This document shows, in pieces, positions 1 to 6,396 of a DNA stretch of 13,322 bases. The DNA lies in the NCBI RefSeq assembly GCF_006345805.1, contig NW_021826182.1, positions 1 through 13,322 of the forward strand. The letters run 5' to 3'. The notes beneath the pieces were generated by a model, which worked only from the letters and a program-made list of their open reading frames with translations, was not told where the DNA came from and made no database searches. Positions within the stretch are counted from its first letter, which is position 1, and each line of letters starts with the position of its first letter. Both the position numbers and the translations under genes were made by a program. Source of the stretch: Octopus sinensis (taxonomy: Eukaryota).

Positions 1-10
1 ATACTCAGAC

Positions 11-770
11 TCACTTGATGGCCTTAAAGTAGCAAGACCTCCTCTCACTGTCTCCAAACTCCACCGCCTTGCCACTCTCTCGCCAACCAAACCTTCTAAC
101 AAAGGCACCCTGAAGGAAAGCCTGCAGGGTCTCTGCGGCTAGAGAATAAAAGAAGACGTTCCGGTCTCCCATGAGGACCAGTTTAGAAGAAGACAGGCAA
201 TGAGATGTCTCTCCAGTGCCTACCACATCAAAACGTGTCCAAACCAGAAAGTCAAATGTCCTGAATAGTAGGAATACCACTTTCATCAATTGTTGTCTTG
301 TCGAAAAGGACACGTGCAAATATTGATTTTCAAATGTACGGCCGTGGGACAAGAGTTGGACGACGACCGAGCAGACCTGTGTCCTAACCAGGTCTCGGAA
401 ACCTCTTTCTGAATGATGTGACACCCACAACCGTGCTAAACAGCTTGTTGTTCAATACTGAAATAATTAGTTCAATAGAAAGGGCCATGCCCCCATTTCT
501 GAATCCACTTGGATTTGTCTCCTCCGGCCACTGCACACAAGTCCTGAGATAAAGCCAAAAGTGACCTGAATGAACATTTTGGCGTCCCCCTCATAGGAGT
601 TGAGTCCCGGGGGGAGAGGACAGTCACTCACTCTCCCCGGAGTGGACGGGTCGTCGTTCAATGTCGATGCACGATCAAATACAGAGGAGGCCAACGTGTT
701 GGTAACCCAATAAATGACCTGTCAGAGAACATCTGAGGATATGTGCTCGTACATTGCCACCACGAAGAAC
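11..770 (-). CDS. 5' portion (duplicate copy) of a putative uncharacterised minus-strand gene; no recognisable domain
   Basis: ORFs 467-694 and 11-430 join into one ~230-aa frame (ASSVFDRAS...QVDSENGGMALSIELIISVLNNKLFSTVWVSHHSERGFRDLVRTQV...SCYFKAIK) if the indels are taken from whichever repeat copy keeps the frame. Exon structure unresolved. Confidence 0.35.
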
Positions 771-799
771 ACGTCTGGAGGACCCGGAGTTCCTCGATT

Positions 800-883
800 C
801 AGGTGGTCCACGAAGGGAGAGGAGGGAGACCAGGTGGTCCACGCCTGCCTGAGAATAAGTCTGGTCGCCTGCGTGAGAATAAG
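800..883 (+). repeat. Two pairs of short direct repeats
   Basis: CAGGTGGTCCACG at 800-812 and 831-843; CGCCTGC(C/G)TGAGAATAAG at 842-859 and 866-883. Same in copy B. Confidence 0.8.
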
Positions 884-1035
884 GCAGTCTTTGTGATGCA
901 GTATCTGATCGACTGAAGACCGATTTTCACGGCTGAGGGAATTCGCGAATTGACTGCCTCAAAGAAAGGGGGGTAATCTCAAATCAATTGCTTATACGTC
1001 GAGATTTATAGCATGACTAAAATTGGAGATTACCG

Positions 1036-1490
1036 CCAGTTCGCCTCCCGAGGATCATGGGTGCGCATTGAGATTTTGGCTCCGAGCTTGCGAAGGAACT
1101 TTTCAGTTTTTGGACCGAGAGCACCCGACGTCTCCGCCGCGATAGGCACCACGGAAAACTTCTCCGACAGGGCAGAATATTTAAAAGCTTTAAATCTTCA
1201 GCCTTCTTAGCTGCAGATTTGGCCCAGGGCACACGAAGTTAAGTGAGAAGCAGAAAAAGGTGTCGCAGCAGGTTGCGTCCCAAACGAGGCCTTTCCGCCT
1301 CAAAAGAGGAAAAAGGTCATCCCGTCAGGGGTTTCAAATCGCCGCGGTCAAGGCCGGTGGTTCGAGAACGAAGGAAATCCGCCGAGTCGAGGGCCCTCCG
1401 TATGATGTCATTCACGGCAGAGTGCCTCGGGAAACGTCCGGCACTCCTCCTCCACGATAAAGGGTGCAGACCGAAAGGGTCAACAGTTTT
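1036..1490 (-). mobile_element. Degenerate CRE-like non-LTR retrotransposon fragment 1 (zinc-finger end plus RLE domain), truncated at both ends
   Basis: Minus-strand translation across several 1-nt frameshifts: [122 protein letters not shown]. Matches the HxLSC-GRxxRH-RPDG-WDxTC-KxxKY-ETxG RLE signature; the terminal QRxSxxxxRGN motif is missing. Confidence 0.88.
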
Positions 1491-1499
1491 TATTAATTA

Positions 1500-2040
1500 T
1501 GTTTAATTATCCTAATTTTTAATGGTAAACCCAATAAATTATTCCACGTGTGAGATCGCAGTTGATTCACCTTGTGGTGTTTTTTATGTAGTTAACCCTT
1601 TTTTTAATTTTTTATGTAATTGGATTTAGTTTGAATATTTCGAGATGCAGTTTCTTTTAATGATTAAATTATTTGAAATTTCATCATTTTGTGATATTTT
1701 TCGAATTTATTCCTATATTTACTTCTTTTACTCATTTTGAAATATTTTTTGAAATATTTATTTAATTTTTGAACATTTTTTGTACTTTAAATATTTATTT
1801 TATTTTCTAAAATTAAAATGTTCTAATTGCTTTTTTGTATAAATTCTAGAATTTAAGATATTTATTAAAATATATTTTTTTGGAAGGAAATATAGAAAAT
1901 CGATTAATTGATTAAACTTACTGATTTGTTCAATATTACAAAAATTTGAATATTTTTAATATTTAGAAAATATTATAAATTTTATTACAAAAGCTAATAA
2001 ACAAAATTACAAATTATTTATAGTATGATGTGTAGAAATC
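1500..2040. other. Extremely AT-rich, low-complexity non-coding spacer
   Basis: Long A/T runs, no ORF of 60 aa or more, sharp compositional contrast with flanks. Confidence 0.7.
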
Positions 2041-2195
2041 TGGTTCTGTTAGAGCCTGGTCATAATTGTAGAACCAAATTCGTTTTCGGGGAAAAAGAAT
2101 ATCATCCATTCCTTTGAATAAACGATTGAGACAATTTGAATCTTCAGAATAATTGTAGTCATATGATGTATAATTCGGATAATAAATATTTGGCT

Positions 2196-2299
2196 CATAA
2201 TATGATCCTCAAATGGCATATAAAACTGACATAATATGATCCTCAAATGGCATATAAAACTGACATAATACAGATCCTCAAATGGCATATAAAACTGAC
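2196..2299 (+). repeat. Tandem repeat, 3 copies of a 34-bp unit
   Basis: CATAATATGATCCTCAAATGGCATATAAAACTGA at 2196-2229 and 2230-2263, and a 35-bp variant at 2264-2298; no spacers. Confidence 0.95.
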
Positions 2300-2510
2300 A
2301 GATTTGTGGCTGGATTTTTCTGTCTGAACAGTGTATTGGGGATACGACATATTGGGGATATTTATTTCTTTAGTCTGCTCGGTGACATATGTGTTGGGAT
2401 TTGTTCTGTTCTTCTATTGAGGAACATGTAGGTATTTCTTGAATGACGTACTTTTTTAAGAATTTTTGGATATTGTAGTATGTTCTGAGAGCCCTCGAAA
2501 GTTTTGGTCA

Positions 2511-2725
2511 TTCATGGAAGGGTTTTGTTTGCATTGTCCCCACAATATGCCAACAAATCTCCATCGGTGATTACAAATATTCCCATAGATTTATTTTCCA
2601 TCAATTGCTTTGTTTTTGGTTTTTAAAAGATTGACAATGAATTCCAAAGTATTGTTCGTTTTACACCCCATTTCTGATTTGAATTGTTTCGTATTACGGA
2701 TACCTGGTTTTAAACGTTCTAGCAT
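2511..2725 (-). pseudogene. Possible von Willebrand A-like domain remnant
   Basis: MLERLKPGIRNTKQFKSEMGCKTNNTLEFIVNLLKTKNKAIDG then, after removing one A from an A-run, NKSMGIFVITDGDLL. IFVITDG resembles the vWA xxxxTDG strand. Short and ambiguous. Confidence 0.22.
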
Positions 2726-3298
2726 TCGGTACTTCCTTTATTTTTTTACTTCCTTTTTATTTTACTTCCTTTTTTGAACTTTTTTTTCACTCGCAAATAT
2801 ACTAAACATTTACAAGCGATTATTATTTTAAGGAGACCGTCACAGTAAAAATACGACAATAAATTTAAGAAAGAACATAACTCGATTGTCTGTTATCCGC
2901 CATTAAAGAAAACTTATGTCGTTTTCCCATGACCAGTTAAGTTTTTATATACAGTATAGCCTTCATTTGGGGCATCAATTTTGTAAAATTGCCTGAAATT
3001 TTCTTCATTTTTATAAACATAACATTTTTTAAGTACTAAAAATTTTTATTCTATTTTCGAGTTTTTCGTTACCGTTTGTTCATTTGTAATTGTGAGTGAT
3101 GTTACATGACTCATGTAATATGTCGCGAGCCGAGCGACCGAGCGCTAGACGCGACCAATCAAATTTACTCAATGTCAATCAATGTCAAAATAACTTATTT
3201 TATTGATAGATCAAGGACAATTATTATTTCTGACTTTTTTTTTAAAGAAAAAAAGAGCTTCAAAATAGCTAATTAAGTGTCAGCAGTGGCAGCACCTC

Positions 3299-3448
3299 GG
3301 ATTCGAAGGCGAGGGGGACAAACTCGTAAGAGTCCGAAATACTTCCATACTTCGTCCTCTTAGCGTCTTCAGCCTGAGCACTGGCAGAACCAGGGTTAGT
3401 GATTGTCTTGGGTAACATCGTCGCGGAGAACGAGTCAACACAAGTTGC
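3299..3448 (-). mobile_element. CRE-like RLE fragment 2 (internal piece)
   Basis: Minus-strand reading in a different frame from track ORF 3280-3537: ATCVDSFSATMLPKTITNPGSASAQAEDAKRTKYGSISDSYEFVPLAFES, matching the DATCVD..GSAA..AE..K..KY....F.P.A.E RLE motif. Confidence 0.82.
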
Positions 3449-3454
3449 AGTGAA

Positions 3455-3910
3455 ATCTGAGTTACCGTCAATCTTAGAATCTCACTTAGATGAGTTTGGA
3501 TGAGCCTTGATCGAAATTTTGTTTTGTTTATATTCATTAAAGAGAAAAGTTGTTCACATAGATATTATTTCCAACATTAACAAGATTTTCGCAGCTAAGG
3601 CTGTTAAGTTGGGATACTTCGGCAGAGATATTTATAAAAGGTGTCTAAACCCACCATGGTAAATTTATTCTTCAGATCTGAGTCACATTTCAAATCAATA
3701 ATTTCCAATTGTAAGCTAGCTGCAAGATGTGTAATATTTGCAATGAATGGTGATCGAAAAACATTAATTCTTTTTCAAGTTCACGAACAATTTAAAACGT
3801 GTATCAAACTGTTGAAGTAATCCTGTTATTTTCACTTTATAACGACTCATATCAACATTCGATGTGGTGGAAATTACACTTTTTAAACAAGAAAAATTGG
3901 GAGCTGTGTT
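3455..3910 (-). mobile_element. hAT transposase C-terminal fragment (SPIN/Buster/GTF2IRD2-like), frameshifted
   Basis: NFSCLKSVISTTSNVDMSRYKVKITGLLQQFDTRF..ELMFFRSPF..SLQLEIIDLKCDSDLKNKFTMVGLDTFYKYL.PKYPNLTALAAKIL.M...YLCEQLFSLMNINKTKFRSRL..HLSEILRL. The YLCEQLFS..N..KT..RSRL block is the hAT dimerisation domain. Confidence 0.9.
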
Positions 3911-3944
3911 AATTGCAATACAATCAAGTATAGTTACTAGACTA

Positions 3945-4054
3945 TTTAATTTGAAGTATCTCGAAACAACGCCGTTCCCCGTCAAGACAACCGGGATAAT
4001 CTTTACCTTTACATCATAAAGTATCGAAAGTTCGTTTGCGAGCAGATTATATTT
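3945..4054 (-). mobile_element. R4/Dong-like RLE non-LTR fragment (C-terminal endonuclease piece)
   Basis: KYNLLANELSILYDVKVKIIPVVLTGNGVVSRYFK, matching the KYxxLAxEL...V.IIP.V.TWDG.V motif of R4-group RLE elements. Only ~36 aa. Confidence 0.65.
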
Positions 4055-4631
4055 CAGTGGAACTTGTCTAAACCCGACTCCGACGGGACCATGAAAATCG
4101 GCCGGTTTATAGAGAGATCCGGTTTATCAAGGTTTTGAAACTTATGAACATAATCTCACCAAAAGGACTTAAAGTAAGATTGTATTTATTAAGAAAATCT
4201 GTCAAAAAAGATTGTTTAAGGTTTGATTTTTTTCACAATGGCCGTGTTGTTCAGAATCATTAATTCTTTTATTGACGGAAGGAGAGAAGGATTCTCCGTG
4301 CAAGCGAAGTGCTGTATATCTTCGAGCATTAAGCGAATGTCAATGCGAGTAATTGGCTTCGTCTGCTTTTTGCGACTCGCCATCGTCGTTAGAATCACTC
4401 GGAATCTCCGCATCAGTTGATTTTCGAGGAAGATGCAGCTCCAAGAGGGCATTTTCCCATTCGTCGAGATCTAGCCCTCTGAAATCATTCCCAAGTGATC
4501 TTATTTAGATCATCAAACTTGCATTTATTTTCAAAACGCTTTTTCTTGCTGTTTCCATTGTCATCGTATATGTCCAGATATTTAGTAGAGTTTTTCAGAA
4601 TATCCGATACAGTGCTGGTTCCAATAGCATA
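4055..4631 (-). mobile_element. pogo/Tigger-family DNA transposon, internal-deletion derivative with one terminal repeat
   Basis: CENP-B-type HTH YAIGTSTVSDILKN...NGNSKKKRF....FDDLNKITWE*FQRARS (4630-4462) runs straight into an acidic tail (WENALL..DAEIPSDSNDDGES), a helical segment (ITRIDIRLMLEDIQHFA) and KQSFLTDFLNK (~4185-4220). CAGTGGAACTTGTCTAAACCCGAC...CCGGTTTA at 4055 onward resembles pogo-type termini. DDE domain absent. Confidence 0.78.
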
Positions 4632-4802
4632 TTTTTTTTAAGGTAAAATAACAAGTAAAATAGAGAAGTTAACTAATTTAGATGAGTCGCCGAGCGGATG
4701 GACAGGCAATTTCCGCGTAATATCGCGAACGATATCCGCTGAAAAAGCCAGCTCGTTTCGCGACTGTCGTGACTCCTCCTCGAGATGATTAAACCAATCT
4801 CT
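4632..4802 (-). mobile_element. CRE-like RLE fragment 3: extreme 3' end with stop, short 3' UTR and A8
   Basis: EIGLIISRRSHDSRETSWLFQRISFAILRGNCLSIRSATHLN* (TAG at 4673-4675), then ~33 nt T-rich UTR and an A8 run (T8 on + strand, 4632-4639). Confidence 0.85.
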
Positions 4803-5965
4803 GTTTGGGCCCACAAGTGGTACTGCGCTATCACCCAGAGATACAAAAGTGCAACAACAGTCCTGGGAATAGACCTGTCTAGGGCCTTTGACACGGTACG
4901 CCGTGGTCTACTCCTCAAAATACGGAACAATTCCTGGACCCTGACTCTGTCAATATGATAAGAGTACTACTATCGAACACAAAGCTCAAGGTGCGGGTCG
5001 CACGGCGTTTTCCCGTGAATTCACGTGCAACGTCGGTACCCCTCAGGGGACGCCCTCTCGCCGTTGCTATTCGTGATCTATCTGGAGACGGCACTACGAG
5101 ACCTTCGAAAATTCTATGCTGGCAATATCGTCGAAATTGTATATGCAGATGACGTCGACTTCGTGTCAGACGACAAATCGGCCTTACTTCGACTCCTTGA
5201 AGTGGCACCTGCTGAGCTGAACAGATGGTTCCTTAAAATGAACGTTGGAAAAACCGACATCGTTGAAATCATGAGGATGGAGAGCAGCTCAAGTGAAGCC
5301 TGCGCAAAACGAACAAACTCGGTTCTCTACTTGGGGACGGCCATGATATTGTCAGAAGAAAGGCTCTTCGCTTGGGCCACGATTAACAAGATAAAGAAAG
5401 AGTGGATCGGCAAACGACGACTCTGTACGTCACTTCGTCTGAGGATGTATGAAGCCTTTGTCAAACCAATCCTGACATATAATTCGGCGACCTGGGGAAT
5501 GTCTAGTACTGAACAACGTGGACTCGATTCTTTTCACCGCAGGCAACTTAGATCCCTACTGGGATTGAACTGGCCTATAAGAATCAACCAGGAATCGCTA
5601 TACAATAGATGCAGAACTGGCCCTCTGAGTGTGGAAATCGTTAATATGCGGTGGAGGTTATTTGGCCATATTCTACGAATGGACATGCTTGCCCCAGCTA
5701 ACATAGCAATGGAGGGCTACTTCCTGAAAGAGGGATCGAGCTTCCGTGGACGTCCACGTGTTACGCTGCCGGAAACACTTGACGGAGACCTGAAATGTGT
5801 GAAGAAAAGGCTAAGGAGTGGTGAGGATCTGGACGAGTGAGGAAACTCGCTCACGACAGAGGAGGTTGGAGGAGGCTGGTTCAAAGGATTGTTTTTAATG
5901 CTGCACGAGTAAAATTATAACTAATATGATTCTACGTATGTTGCAAATAATAATAATAATAATAA
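4803..5965 (+). mobile_element. 5'-truncated, frameshifted RTE-group (RTE/RTEX-like) LINE: reverse transcriptase and C-terminus
   Basis: VWAHKWYCAITQRY..VLGIDLSRAFDTV (4803 onward), GTPQGD/ALSPLLFVIYL, YADD at 5142-5153, KLGSLLG, RLRMYEAFVKPILTYN..TW, RWRLFGHILR..PAN.AM..GRPR.T, LAHDRGGWRRL, stop at 5918-5920. Frameshifts near 4920, 5005, 5045, 5305, 5390 and 5838. Ends in (TAA)6. Confidence 0.9.
5948..5965 (+). repeat. (TAA)6 microsatellite tail of the RTE-like element
   Basis: Six TAA units 27 nt after the RTE-like stop codon; short tandem-repeat tails are typical of RTE elements. Confidence 0.85.
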
Positions 5966-5994
5966 CCATTATCATTAAAAAAAATAAATTAAGC

Positions 5995-6396
5995 ATGCTG
6001 AGTGGGCATTTGGCTTGCTACGGTGGCTGCTCTTCAGCTAAGGCAGCCACTGAACAACTAAAAAAGCAGCTCAGTGCCAGGGACAGACTGGCCAAAGCAG
6101 AACACTCAAAAACTGTATGGTCAAAAGCGGAGGCCGTTGAATCTGTATGGCGAAAACCCACAATTTCCCGCTGTTTTGACTCCTCAACGCAAACAGATGT
6201 TAGTGAAGACGCAACTTTGCCTCCCAATACACAACACACAGAGCCTCCAACCCGCTTTAAGAGGAAAGCACCAACTATCGACGTTGAGCTTACCTCTATG
6301 ATTCGCAAAATAATCGCTATATGCGATGAAAAAGGCCTCGATATCAACAATCTGTTGTCCCTTTCTCTTGGAAGGGAAAGGATTGATCAGGCGTGA
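5995..6396 (+). CDS. ORF1 (gag-like) C-terminal remnant
   Basis: Begins GHLACYGGC, the second half of the HxAxYxGC knuckle of Jockey/I-type ORF1; followed by a low-complexity region; TGA at 6394-6396 overlaps ORF2. Track residues 5926-5994 derive from the upstream TAA tail. Confidence 0.7.
   Translation: MLSGHLACYGGCSSAKAATEQLKKQLSARDRLAKAEHSKTVWSKAEAVESVWRKPTISRCFDSSTQTDVSEDATLPPNTQHTEPPTRFKRKAPTIDVELTSMIRKIIAICDEKGLDINNLLSLSLGRERIDQA

Larger units (their letters stand above)
1..983 (+). repeat. Terminal direct repeat, copy A (matches 12340-13322)
   Basis: Manual alignment: 983 nt in both copies, 9 small indels and 1 substitution (C/A at 280); the last ~200 nt are identical. Confidence 0.97.

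Noticed and set aside
200-295. Plus-strand reading CLSSAYHIKTCPNQKVKCPE**EYHFHQLLSC resembling a gag zinc knuckle
   Set aside because: First Cys is missing, frame has several stops, and the minus strand is the better coding candidate.
1013-1506. Track ORFs 1013-1210, 1243-1506, 1260-1460 and 1017-1232 as genes
   Set aside because: Antisense or off-frame shadows of CRE-like fragment 1.
2196-2299. 34-bp repeats as a CRISPR array
   Set aside because: Units are directly adjacent with no unique spacers; no cas genes; eukaryotic context.
2828-2860. TTAAGGAGACCGTCAC as the left end of a TTAA-targeting transposon
   Set aside because: No matching inverted end found in the window.
5926-5994. Hydrophobic N-terminus MILRMLQIIIIIITIIIKK as a signal or membrane anchor on ORF1
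   Set aside because: It is the translation of the RTE-like (TAA)6 tail that happens to be in frame.
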